Shown here piece after piece: positions 37,589 to 46,811 of a stretch of DNA of 64,000 nt. The translations under genes were made by a program, and so were the position numbers. Numbering within the stretch: the first letter of the stretch is position 1; every line of letters starts with the position of its first letter. A model generated the notes under the pieces. That model saw only the letters and a list, made by a program, of their open reading frames with translations. It did not search any database and was not told the DNA's origin. The DNA lies in the IMG/VR virus record IMGVR_UViG_3300031669_000001, positions 62,001 through 126,000 of that record; one strand, written 5' to 3'.

Positions 37589-38206
37589 TTAAACAACTGG
37601 AAGTCCTGTGGTTGAATCTATCCAAGGCCCGGTAGGTCCAGTAACTGAGAAACAAAGTGTGCCTGTAACGTGAGCACCAATTGCATCACTCACAAAGATT
37701 ATTTCGCCTTGTGTAGTATATGCTGGAAGACTACCAACAGTATATAATCCCAAAAAGTTACTTCCATTTGTTCCTTGAGCACCAGTAGGACCTGTTGCTC
37801 CATCAGCACCAGTAGGACCAGTTGCTCCTTCTGCACCGGTAGGACCTGTAACGGTTGAATCTGCACCTGTTAAGCCTGTAGGACCCGTAGCACCATCTGG
37901 ACCTGTAGGACCTGTAACAGTAGAATCTACACCATTTAAACCTGCAGGGCCTACTAGACCTGTAGGACCTGTTGGACCTTCAATTCCAGCAATACCTGTA
38001 GGACCCATAGGACCTGCTATTCCAGTAGGGCCAGTTGGTCCACCGGATCCTATAGAATAAGATAAATTATTCCAAGTATTAACACCATCACCGTATTTGA
38101 TTTTGCCTGTATCTATCTCTAAACCAGGTTCACCTTGAGCTAAAATTGGATTCGTTGATGTCCAATTTGCTGCATTATCGCGTCTTAACTGAATTTTACT
38201 TGCCAT
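37589..38206 (-). CDS. Collagen-like fibre protein with Mtd-N/hyaluronidase-like N-domain
   Basis: [35 protein letters not shown] followed by Gly-X-Y repeats. Confidence 0.85.
   Translation of the reverse strand: MASKIQLRRDNAANWTSTNPILAQGEPGLEIDTGKIKYGDGVNTWNNLSYSIGSGGPTGPTGIAGPMGPTGIAGIEGPTGPTGLVGPAGLNGVDSTVTGPTGPDGATGPTGLTGADSTVTGPTGAEGATGPTGADGATGPTGAQGTNGSNFLGLYTVGSLPAYTTQGEIIFVSDAIGAHVTGTLCFSVTGPTGPWIDSTTGLPVV
37764..38044 (-). repeat. Gly-X-Y (mostly GPT) collagen repeat tract
   Basis: Recurrent GGTCCTAC(T/A/C)GG units at DNA level; two interruptions (DSTVTGPTG). Confidence 0.9.
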
Positions 38207-38238
38207 TTTAACTTCTCCACTTGTGGAATATTCAAGGT

Positions 38239-38244
38239 TATTTA
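38239..38244 (-). promoter_or_regulatory. Late promoter core (CATAAATA)
   Basis: Upstream of the collagen gene. Confidence 0.6.
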
Positions 38245-38281
38245 TGATTCATGTGCATAGAACTTCAAGATAGGACGTTAA

Positions 38282-38566
38282 TCAAGCGTCTCCACCGTCA
38301 ATTACAAAATCGGAACCAAGGTTTCCATCAAATGTTTGATCTGTCAAACCGTGTACTGAGATTGAAGTTCCACCATCAACATATGAAGCTTTTATTTCAT
38401 AAATGGTTACAGCCCCGCCGCCATCTATGTCAACATTGCTGCTTACAATTCCAAGAGATGATGCCAATGCATTTATTTCATCAACTGCTATCTGAAAGTT
38501 ACTTCGAATGTCAGCAGTCTTTGGGTTCCAATGTGTAGGTTTTGTTGCATCAATTTGTGATTTCAT
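38282..38566 (-). CDS. Small putative structural protein
   Basis: Repeated IDGG/VDGG motifs; SD present. Confidence 0.55.
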   Translation of the reverse strand: MKSQIDATKPTHWNPKTADIRSNFQIAVDEINALASSLGIVSSNVDIDGGGAVTIYEIKASYVDGGTSISVHGLTDQTFDGNLGSDFVIDGGDA

Positions 38567-38577
38567 GATCTTTCCTT

Positions 38578-39621
38578 TTAGTCAGGATTCGGTAGAGATT
38601 CTGAATTTTCCTGCTCTTCATTCCAAGGCGCAGCGCCGTCATCCCAATTTACACCACCCGTTGGTACGTTAGCATTTATTGTTGCAGTACCGTCACCAGT
38701 TCCTGCATTTGTAGCGATGAATGTAGTACCTATCGTATTTGATATCGATCCACACTGAGTAAAATCTGTTGGAATAGGCGTACCAATAGTTTCAATCTCA
38801 TACGTCTGACCGACTACAAATGAGCCGGCAGTTATAGAAGCTGTAGTGCTGTCCCAAACACCAGGACCTTCATCGCCTGTTACAGTGAATGCTGTTACTG
38901 GACCTGCAGATCCGAATGGGACCAACTCGCCATTTTCATCTATCTCATCTAGAGTAAGTTTATCCAAGTCACCAATTCTAACTGTGATGCTTTGAATCAA
39001 ATCATTTCTAACTTCAATTGGTGGTGACAACCATACTGGAAGTTCAAATTGAAGAGTCCAGATTATCATTCGACGATCCACGCCCATCGGATAATTCTCT
39101 TCATTTTGCATACTGCGCAGAAACAGCTTTGCAATCTTCGTCCAGTCAAATGGCGCGTCGTTGAACTGTAGTTGAAGATCATAATCAAATAGGATCAAAA
39201 TTTGTTCTAAGATCTGGAACATTTGATCTGTGTTTGAAGCATATACTGCGAGTTCCATCTGCATGTTGTAAGGTATCGCCATAACTCGTCTTAGAGTTTT
39301 AACATCATCTGGAAACACACCGCCTTGTTCTAACATCGTCCTTCGATCAACTTGATTTACACCGTGAAGCCTATCAGGAGCAAGTTCAAGTCCTGTCATG
39401 TATGCAGACATCATTGGAATGGTGTGAAGCTTGTTTTGAGTGTTACCAGCCGCGATGGCCGCAGTTACTCGATCACTTGAACCGTACCTCACGGGGACCG
39501 TCATGGTGATCAATTTTCCAGCACCATCAAGACCACCGGTAACCTGCATTCCTGTAAAAACGTTTGCGAAACCAAGAATGAACTTCTTGAGTTGCTGATT
39601 GTAGTAATAATTTCTGATCAT
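38578..39621 (-). CDS. gp15: Tail terminator / sheath stabiliser (gp15-like) with C-terminal extra module
   Basis: YYYNQQLKKFILGFANVF, VPVRYG, PYNMQMEL, QILEQIL..F. Confidence 0.8.
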   Translation of the reverse strand: MIRNYYYNQQLKKFILGFANVFTGMQVTGGLDGAGKLITMTVPVRYGSSDRVTAAIAAGNTQNKLHTIPMMSAYMTGLELAPDRLHGVNQVDRRTMLEQGGVFPDDVKTLRRVMAIPYNMQMELAVYASNTDQMFQILEQILILFDYDLQLQFNDAPFDWTKIAKLFLRSMQNEENYPMGVDRRMIIWTLQFELPVWLSPPIEVRNDLIQSITVRIGDLDKLTLDEIDENGELVPFGSAGPVTAFTVTGDEGPGVWDSTTASITAGSFVVGQTYEIETIGTPIPTDFTQCGSISNTIGTTFIATNAGTGDGTATINANVPTGGVNWDDGAAPWNEEQENSESLPNPD

Positions 39622-40160
39622 TTTATGACCTTTATAGTTGCTAATCTCTTCTTATCATCTCGTGAGACTATCTCAAACTTTAAATTACGAGGTAACAAAT
39701 AATTGTCTTCCCAATCTGCTAATTTTTTAGCTTCAGGAGGCGCAATAGTTGAATCTTTTACTACTTGAGATAGGTCTAACACGGGAACACCTCTTGGTAC
39801 TTGAATCGTTAAGATCATCCTATCATCTGGGTGAACATAACCTGGATGTTTTACCATTCCCTTATTTGGCGATGTAGTGACAAATCCTTTGTCGATAAAA
39901 GTATCACCTACTTTCTTATCATTTAATGCATACATCGGAATAGCTCTGTACAGAATCATTGACTTAGAGTTAGGTGCCCTCTCAATTACTTTATCTAGCA
40001 ACTTGATCGCATTAGCCTGTAATTCCTTGACGTTCTTATCATTGAATCTCAAAGTACTGTTAAGCCACCCTGAATCTCTCAAGTAATCTAGCACAGCCTT
40101 ATTTTCTTCTTCAGTCTGCGCTTCACCTGCCATCTCCAAAAGTTCTTTAAATAGATGCAT
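39618..40160 (-). CDS. VIP2/Alt-like ADP-ribosyltransferase fold with head-targeting motif
   Basis: LN..LR, LYRA, VGDTFIDKGFVTTS, LLPRNLKFEI; ExE motif reads EDN; MHLFKELLE. Confidence 0.75.
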   Translation of the reverse strand: MHLFKELLEMAGEAQTEEENKAVLDYLRDSGWLNSTLRFNDKNVKELQANAIKLLDKVIERAPNSKSMILYRAIPMYALNDKKVGDTFIDKGFVTTSPNKGMVKHPGYVHPDDRMILTIQVPRGVPVLDLSQVVKDSTIAPPEAKKLADWEDNYLLPRNLKFEIVSRDDKKRLATIKVIK

Positions 40161-40827
40161 ACATCTTCAATTCATTTTTCCACTTGGTAACATACTCTGG
40201 ATTCAATCCTGTGTGGTGACGAACATTTGTAATTCCCACGTTATACGCGTGGATAGCCTTATCTTTACTTCCAAGCTTATGGTAGTATCTGCTCAGAATG
40301 TCGGAAGCAAATTCTACCTGCTTATCCATGTTTCCTTTCAAATCTTTCGCTTTAATACCCCAAACCTTTGGACGAACTTGTGTAAGACCTATTGCTTTGT
40401 CATGCCTAAGTCCAGATTTAGCAGCTGGATTAAAGCTACTTTCAATTCCAATGACAGCTAACAGATCGGTGGCTTTTGGGAAAACAGGATCAGCATATTT
40501 TGTTACAAGCTCAACTATATGCTTCGCTTTTGCAGGCGAGACACTGTTTTTATACTTGTCAAGGACGATGTCAGTCAGCTTAGAAACTATTTCTTTCTCT
40601 TTTTCTGCCGAAGACTTTGCGGCTTTAGCTTCGGCTTCGGCTTTATCTACCTTCGACTGCGCAGCTTTTTGTGCCGCGGTAATTTGTGTCTTTACTTGTT
40701 GAGTATCATGACTGTGAATAGCACCTGATGCCAAACCTGCTGCCAATGCAGCTCCTGCTACAGCATGTCTTAGCTTGATCTCGTCAAGTTGTTCATCTTC
40801 CAGGATTATTTCATTCACCTTCATCAT
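40147..40827 (-). CDS. SLT-family lytic transglycosylase with propeptide and hydrophobic segment
   Basis: IGIESSFNPAA, AIGLTQV, AIHAYNVG; N-term MKVNEIILEDEQLDE then AVAGAALAAGLA. Confidence 0.85.
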   Translation of the reverse strand: MMKVNEIILEDEQLDEIKLRHAVAGAALAAGLASGAIHSHDTQQVKTQITAAQKAAQSKVDKAEAEAKAAKSSAEKEKEIVSKLTDIVLDKYKNSVSPAKAKHIVELVTKYADPVFPKATDLLAVIGIESSFNPAAKSGLRHDKAIGLTQVRPKVWGIKAKDLKGNMDKQVEFASDILSRYYHKLGSKDKAIHAYNVGITNVRHHTGLNPEYVTKWKNELKMYASI

Positions 40828-40851
40828 GAGGCCTTTGTAATAGAGATTGAT

Positions 40852-40857
40852 TATTTA
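40852..40857 (-). promoter_or_regulatory. Late promoter core (GTAAATA)
   Basis: Upstream of the SLT gene. Confidence 0.6.
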
Positions 40858-40864
40858 CGGTTTT

Positions 40865-42490
40865 TCAGATCTTTTGATCTGGCTTCATGTTATTAGACGA
40901 TGACATGATAGAACCGATAGTCTTCTTATGAGATTCAGGAATCATACGAGTGTTGATTTCAACAACCTTCCAACGACCAAGCTTTGCATTCCACTGTAAT
41001 AAACGGTCTGCAGGTCTGATAGAGTAATCAACGTTTGTGTAAGTCTGACGATGATAGACTCCATCTGCAAGTGGAGGAACATTGCTAGGTAAAGTATCTC
41101 CCGTAGTGTATGTAATTCCATTTGGTGGAATTGCATCTTGCGCGTAAAAGTCTTTACCATCATACCCACCATTTGGACCAAGAAGAGGTTTACCTGACTG
41201 GATGTCCTGAGGGTCTTCACCGGTCTGAGGAACTAGATCAGCAGAATCCTGAGTTATAGCCTCAGTAGCTTCAAACGCTTGATTGTTCATCATCAATCCA
41301 TTCAAGAAGCTATCATCTGATTGAAGGTCATCTACTTGGCCTGGAACACCAAGAATATCTTTATGCTCGATTGACGGCATGATAGGCTGAGCATAGAATC
41401 TAAAGAGGTTCGGCCGCCAATTAGGAGTGTAACCCTCTGTGCTCCAACCACAGTCAGTAACTTCTAGCCACTTTCGAACTGGCTTCAAATTTGGATCAAA
41501 TTGAATCTCTCCTGGAAGTTCAACGATGTCACCTACAACGACAGGACGTCCAAGAATAACTACCATGTCAGCAAATGCAGTGGTGAAGATGTAAGTTTGT
41601 GGAAGATTGATACCAAACTTTGCAAGCTCTGATTGAACATCAAGCAGATCGTACGTGCACTTGAGCATAGTTGAAGAGTGACAATATGCGCGCGCGCGAT
41701 TTTCCAGCAACACAAAGTCTTCAATGTTGTCAAGAGAGATCTGAGTCGAAGCTAGCATGTGAATTTCCAAAACTTCCCACGGACTATCTGTCGCTACACC
41801 AGCGAAGAACGTTGGTATCAAGCGCCACTGATTGTAAGCAGCTACTGACCGAATTCCAACAGTTACTACATTTACCGTGCTCTGTATGTTGACAACGTCA
41901 ACTCTGTGCCATGTAAGACCGTCAGAAGAAGCTTCGACTCTCAATTGAGTAGCTCTCTTTAAGGTGTCTGCGCTCTGTTTTATCATCAGAGTAGAAACTT
42001 GCATTAGAACAGGTGCACTTGGGAAGTAACGTTGCTCACTACCATTCCACGCCATCTTTGTACCAAAGTTAAACCCTATGAATGCTGGAGCAGATGTTAC
42101 AGCTTTTCCAGTTTGAATAGACTGCCACGCGCTTGAATTTGTATTGAAGGCATCATTCACGTTGTACGCGCCTGACTGACCACCAGAGATAGCAAAACCA
42201 TTTCCAGGCTGATCTATAGTCGAACCTTGATTGTGAATCCCTAACATTGGGAATACGTTGACTGGGCCTGCTGCAATGTTCAAAGATTCTGACATCAAAC
42301 TTGCTAGATAGTTTGAATCTGTTTCAGCACAGTTTGACGTTGATAGATCAAATGAACCGTGTGGATATACAGGGGCTACGTATGTACCATCCACCACGTT
42401 TGTATTCTTTATCGTGCCATCGTTGGCAAACTTGTTGTTAGGTGGTTGAGTAGTGTCGTTTACGCCACAATTTTTAGGTGGAGTTGCCAT
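40865..42490 (-). CDS. gp14: Neck protein gp14-like with inserted discoidin/F5-8-like domain
   Basis: LLENRARAY, ELAKFGI, VVGDIVELP, WLEVTD; insertion DAFN..SSAWQS..LRVEASSDG.TW. Confidence 0.7.
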   Translation of the reverse strand: MATPPKNCGVNDTTQPPNNKFANDGTIKNTNVVDGTYVAPVYPHGSFDLSTSNCAETDSNYLASLMSESLNIAAGPVNVFPMLGIHNQGSTIDQPGNGFAISGGQSGAYNVNDAFNTNSSAWQSIQTGKAVTSAPAFIGFNFGTKMAWNGSEQRYFPSAPVLMQVSTLMIKQSADTLKRATQLRVEASSDGLTWHRVDVVNIQSTVNVVTVGIRSVAAYNQWRLIPTFFAGVATDSPWEVLEIHMLASTQISLDNIEDFVLLENRARAYCHSSTMLKCTYDLLDVQSELAKFGINLPQTYIFTTAFADMVVILGRPVVVGDIVELPGEIQFDPNLKPVRKWLEVTDCGWSTEGYTPNWRPNLFRFYAQPIMPSIEHKDILGVPGQVDDLQSDDSFLNGLMMNNQAFEATEAITQDSADLVPQTGEDPQDIQSGKPLLGPNGGYDGKDFYAQDAIPPNGITYTTGDTLPSNVPPLADGVYHRQTYTNVDYSIRPADRLLQWNAKLGRWKVVEINTRMIPESHKKTIGSIMSSSNNMKPDQKI

Positions 42491-42837
42491 TAGGTACTTA
42501 CCTTACAGTTGTCAAAATGCCATCTTTTCATAGACCCGCCGGCTCCTGTTTTACTACAATGTGGGCAAATTAAAATTGGACGCCCAAACGACCGAATTTA
42601 CAATATCAAGTTCTTCCGAAAAGAACTCTGCAAATTCCATACAATCATCTCTCTATTTACAAACAATTTATGCCAAACTGTTTCTACATGTTTTTTACCA
42701 TGCTTTCTGATATGACGAGTCCAGACTAATCCAGACCCTTTATATTCAACAGGATCCGATTTTGTCGTTTTTCCAAAATACATCAAACCTGTAATAGAAT
42801 GTCGTTTGATGTAGAGATATGTAGGCTTGAATTCCAT
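42490..42837 (-). pseudogene. Decayed GIY-YIG-like homing endonuclease
   Basis: N-term YLYIKRHSITG as in 27138..27950; frameshift in the AGAGAG tract near 42650; NUMOD3 region missing; CPHC..MKRWHFDNCK remnant in a third frame. Confidence 0.85.
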
Positions 42838-42852
42838 AAGTATATGATTCTA

Positions 42853-44814
42853 TTAACCTATCATAAATGGTAAATAAAAGTTATCAGGACCATTCTGACC
42901 AATTTCAAAGTCCATGATCTGACGCAAACAATCTTCTTGTAGGCGCTGTGCTTCTGCGTGCAGTGTTTCTGCATTCATCGTAAGACCACCACCGGGTCCA
43001 GGAAGAGTGGCATACTTACCACGAATATGAGCGAGGATCATCATCGCTTCAGCTTCAGCCCACTGCTGAATCCATTGAGCAACCCAACGATCTGTCAGCA
43101 ATTCCTGTTCAGTTTTCTCACAGCTCGCTTCAACTAGAACTTTTTCTGGCGTACCGAACTTCTTGTAGATCCTCATCTCACGAGTTGCTTCACGCCAGTT
43201 AAACGCAACTTCACCTGCAAACAATAGTGAAAAGGTTTCAGACATAGCAGCGATCAAGTGAACAGATACCAAGTCATACGAAACACCTGGAGCGTAGAAC
43301 TGGTTCAAGAATTGTTGAGCGTAGATGTTATCAGGCGCAAAGTTTACAAGACCTAGCATGTTCAATCTGTGGATCTTCAGAACGTCAACGATCTTGTCAG
43401 TTCCGGCTGACGCATCATTGAGGTAATATACATCCTGGAACTGCTGGATCTGCACAAAGAAGTACTGCTTTGAGTATGCAGAATCTGTACGGTGACGAAG
43501 TTCTTGAAGAGCGTTGTCGATAGAGATGTTGAAGTGCTCATCAATAAGTTCTACACAAACTACAGGCCAACCAAACATCTTCTTCAACGTGTTGATCATG
43601 CTTGTTCTGGCACCTGAAGTGTTGTCAGTACCTACACCCTGTTTGTTGTACATTGGAACGCCAGAATCTGTCTCAACTGGATTCCAATAATTACCATCCC
43701 AACACTTAAGCTTTCTCTCTGTTGTGTTGTAGAAGAAGTCTCCAAGAACAGGATAACCTACTGGAAGACCAGCTTGTCCTGGGATAGGATCAAAGTTGTT
43801 AGTAAGTACGTTAGAAGGCGAAGTAGGAACCCACTCGTTAGAGTCCCAGACGAACACCAACTTTTGATCGATATCAAAGTAAACTTGTCCTAGAGTAGGA
43901 TTCAATGGTGGGCCATTACTCTTGTTCATGTCTGATGCGTAACCTGGGGTAGCTTCAGATATTGGATAAGATGTCACGCCTGGAGTGTAGTAAGTTATGA
44001 CGTTAGAAACTACATGAGCAGAGAAGAAATAAGGTACTCCAGGAATTAATCCCGTGATATTAAGAGAGGTTGTTTCTACGTCATTGTAGAATGCACCTAC
44101 TACTTGAGCGTTACCAATTTTGTCAACTCTAGCAGAAGCTACATTGACGTTGAAGCCATTTCCACCAGTAATGATGGTCGGACTAAAGCTCAATAGATCC
44201 CCATCACCATAGTTTATTCCAGGTGCGTTGATGACTGCGCTCGTAACTACCCCATTTGCAACGACGATATCAGCAGTCGCGCCAGATCCTGATCCACCGA
44301 TAAGAGGAACTCCTACGTAAGATCCATTTGTATAGTTAGATCCAGGTGTAAACGCGCCTAGATATACGATGCCTCCGTCTGCAAGAGTTGGAGATGCATT
44401 ATAAACTACAGAATCTGTTGGAAAATTTGAAGCATTGATTTCTTTGATAGAAGAGGTTAACAAGATGCCGTCATAAACAAGCGTTTGAACTCTTCCAGTT
44501 GTAGAATTTACTGGCAAGGTCCAAGTCAATGTGCCTTCAGTTCCAGCAAGACCAGAGGCTGGAGTAGTTACAGTACCACCTCCAGTTGTGGGATCAGCTC
44601 CGCTAAAGGAAGCAGTAAAAGTAGTTCCTACTAAATTGTCTGGAGATCCGATAACTGTAAAGTCAGTTGTATTTCCAGTTGGTTGAGACAGGATAGTGTA
44701 AACGGTACCGTTCACAAATGACCCGGCTGTAACCAATGTCTTTCTAGTAAACGTCAAAGTGATGGCTTGTCCATCAACCCAAAGTTGGCCTTTTGAATCT
44801 GAAACTTTTGCCAT
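42853..44814 (-). CDS. gp13: Neck protein gp13-like with long N-terminal multi-module extension
   Basis: C-term GWPVVCVEL..HF..SIDNAL, IRGKYATLPGPGGGLTMN. Confidence 0.8.
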   Translation of the reverse strand: MAKVSDSKGQLWVDGQAITLTFTRKTLVTAGSFVNGTVYTILSQPTGNTTDFTVIGSPDNLVGTTFTASFSGADPTTGGGTVTTPASGLAGTEGTLTWTLPVNSTTGRVQTLVYDGILLTSSIKEINASNFPTDSVVYNASPTLADGGIVYLGAFTPGSNYTNGSYVGVPLIGGSGSGATADIVVANGVVTSAVINAPGINYGDGDLLSFSPTIITGGNGFNVNVASARVDKIGNAQVVGAFYNDVETTSLNITGLIPGVPYFFSAHVVSNVITYYTPGVTSYPISEATPGYASDMNKSNGPPLNPTLGQVYFDIDQKLVFVWDSNEWVPTSPSNVLTNNFDPIPGQAGLPVGYPVLGDFFYNTTERKLKCWDGNYWNPVETDSGVPMYNKQGVGTDNTSGARTSMINTLKKMFGWPVVCVELIDEHFNISIDNALQELRHRTDSAYSKQYFFVQIQQFQDVYYLNDASAGTDKIVDVLKIHRLNMLGLVNFAPDNIYAQQFLNQFYAPGVSYDLVSVHLIAAMSETFSLLFAGEVAFNWREATREMRIYKKFGTPEKVLVEASCEKTEQELLTDRWVAQWIQQWAEAEAMMILAHIRGKYATLPGPGGGLTMNAETLHAEAQRLQEDCLRQIMDFEIGQNGPDNFYLPFMIG

Positions 44815-44844
44815 TGTTCTTGCTCCCTAAATATGGTTCTAATG

Positions 44845-44850
44845 TATTTA
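44845..44850 (-). promoter_or_regulatory. Late promoter core (CATAAATA) for gp13
   Basis: Intergenic, followed by GGGAG SD. Confidence 0.65.
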
Positions 44851-44892
44851 TGCTTTGTGGAGAGAAAAAGTAGCTAAAGTTACATGTTCAAA

Positions 44893-44898
44893 TAAATA
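44893..44898 (+). promoter_or_regulatory. Late promoter core (AATAAATA), divergent
   Basis: Upstream of plus-strand ORF 44927 with GGAG SD. Confidence 0.6.
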
Positions 44899-44926
44899 TT
44901 CGAAACAACCTGAGCTGGAGCCCTAA

Positions 44927-46132
44927 ATGAAACTCTTAGAAGAACTTTTAACAATCAATGAAGCATCAACTGCAGGCCGTGCATGGGAAGGTCGTATAAA
45001 GAACATCGACAATCTTATGTCATGGATGTATGACAAGGGTATCTTGACAAAAACAGAACAGGCAAGCAAAGATACTATCTTCCGTCAATATTACAGGTTC
45101 TACAATGACGGTGATCTTCCAAGAGCTCTTGCAAACAAGGGATTCTCAAAGCTTGACATGAAATACAACAAACAAAAGATTGAAAAAGCTCTCGAAGATT
45201 ATCTAGAAGACTTTATCAAGAAGATGCTTGGTAAGTATCTTCCAAAAATTGATCGTAAAGAATTCAGAATTGACAACTCAATCGCAGATCTAAGCACAGT
45301 CAAAGATGTAGCTAAACGTGTAGATGCTCATGGATTGTTGACATACTGGATCAAGAAAGTCAAGATAAATGATGATGCTGGTGAATTGGCTAAGTATGTT
45401 GATGATCTGCAAAAGATCTATGACAAGCTTTTAAATGTCTTAAACAAAGCAGATCCAAAGGGTAAAAATTTTATCTATTCTCATCGCAAAGATTTAATGA
45501 CGGAAGCTGGAACGTGGACTTCGGCGATGGAAGCTGATTATAAGAAGATAGAGGATACTTGCAAAAAGATAGAAGATTTCATCGGTAACTTAATTGAGGG
45601 ACTTAAGAAGCTGAAGAAGAATTCTGTCTTCAAGGAAAGTCTCAATGAGATGGCAGCTAGTCACAAGTTTTCATCTGGCTTTATGAAGTCATTGGATGCT
45701 AAAATATTGGTGAAGAAATTTCGCGATGGTGAAGAAACTTTCGATCTTAAGAACGGTGATTCCTACAAAGCTGTTAAGAAGATTCAAGGCAACATGCTAG
45801 AGGCTGGAATGCTAGTGATGGGAAGTTACAGCAGTACCAATCAAGGCGCAGAACTTTATCAGATCCTAGGCTTTACTGGCGATGAAAAGAAGTATGGAGA
45901 AGGTGGTGTAAAGTTTAAAACTGCTAAAGAGATGCTAGCTCACTATAAAGTTACAAGCTTGAAAGCTCTCAAAGCACTTCAAGATAAAAATGAGTATGGG
46001 TATCACTCATACATTGTAGTAAAGGATCTTGAAGATGGAGATGAAGGTCCTTGGTTCTATGTTTATTCTGGCCGCTGGGCACGTGGAAGTGGTGCTGAAC
46101 AACTAACATTTACCTTGGTAGAGAAAGTTTAA
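44927..46132 (+). CDS. Putative internal head protein, two-domain polyprotein-like
   Basis: MKLLEELLTINE start; internal FKESLNE-M junction. Confidence 0.65.
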   Translation: MKLLEELLTINEASTAGRAWEGRIKNIDNLMSWMYDKGILTKTEQASKDTIFRQYYRFYNDGDLPRALANKGFSKLDMKYNKQKIEKALEDYLEDFIKKMLGKYLPKIDRKEFRIDNSIADLSTVKDVAKRVDAHGLLTYWIKKVKINDDAGELAKYVDDLQKIYDKLLNVLNKADPKGKNFIYSHRKDLMTEAGTWTSAMEADYKKIEDTCKKIEDFIGNLIEGLKKLKKNSVFKESLNEMAASHKFSSGFMKSLDAKILVKKFRDGEETFDLKNGDSYKAVKKIQGNMLEAGMLVMGSYSSTNQGAELYQILGFTGDEKKYGEGGVKFKTAKEMLAHYKVTSLKALKALQDKNEYGYHSYIVVKDLEDGDEGPWFYVYSGRWARGSGAEQLTFTLVEKV

Positions 46133-46353
46133 CATAGCAGCGGCGATCTACTCGCCGCTGTTTTTGTTGGGCCAAACATCACGTACAATAAAACGATTAT
46201 TGCTACGATACCAACAGCAACACCAACAGTTCCAGGATACAAAGCAATCAGAAATGAAATTACAGCAATTCCCATAATTTTCAAAAATTCTTTTCCTACA
46301 TCTCTGACTTCTGTCTGATGTTTCTGATCAATCCTTGGTAATCTCATTCTCAT
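46129..46353 (-). CDS. Small two-helix membrane protein
   Basis: Two hydrophobic segments. Confidence 0.55.
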   Translation of the reverse strand: MRMRLPRIDQKHQTEVRDVGKEFLKIMGIAVISFLIALYPGTVGVAVGIVAIIVLLYVMFGPTKTAASRSPLLC

Positions 46354-46627
46354 CTACCTTGTTGTCTCTGTTTTTACCAATGTGATAGCCGTCACAGAAG
46401 ATGCACTTGTAGTTGCTAAAGTAAGCACCACGCTTCTTTGACATTGCTGCAGCTGATTTTATTGCAGTCTCTTTTGTGTTGTACGCGACCTTAGGTCTAC
46501 CATTTGCGTTGACATGTGAACGCTCGTGAAAAAGACCAAACACATTACCAGTCCTAATGTTTTTGATAAGCCTACTAAGGGGTAGCTGGTCTTTTAGACC
46601 AAGATAAATGTTACGGAGTTTCATCAA
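46328..46627 (-). CDS. Hypothetical zinc-binding protein
   Basis: YKCIFCDGYHIG. Confidence 0.55.
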   Translation of the reverse strand: MMKLRNIYLGLKDQLPLSRLIKNIRTGNVFGLFHERSHVNANGRPKVAYNTKETAIKSAAAMSKKRGAYFSNYKCIFCDGYHIGKNRDNKVDENEITKD

Positions 46628-46811
46628 AATCGTCCGGGCAAAGAATTTTTATCATCGGGTTCACACCATCATACATCGTAAATTGACAGTTTCTACCCAT
46701 TTTAGCCTTCAAGATCAAGGCGTGGCCTAGAGCTTCTAACCCTGAGGCCTCGCCAAGAATCTCTACAGATCCATCTGCATGTTTATGAATGTACGGAGTC
46801 TTAACTGACAT
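46611..46811 (-). CDS. Hypothetical protein
   Basis: Coupled ORF. Confidence 0.5.
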   Translation of the reverse strand: MSVKTPYIHKHADGSVEILGEASGLEALGHALILKAKMGRNCQFTMYDGVNPMIKILCPDDFDETP

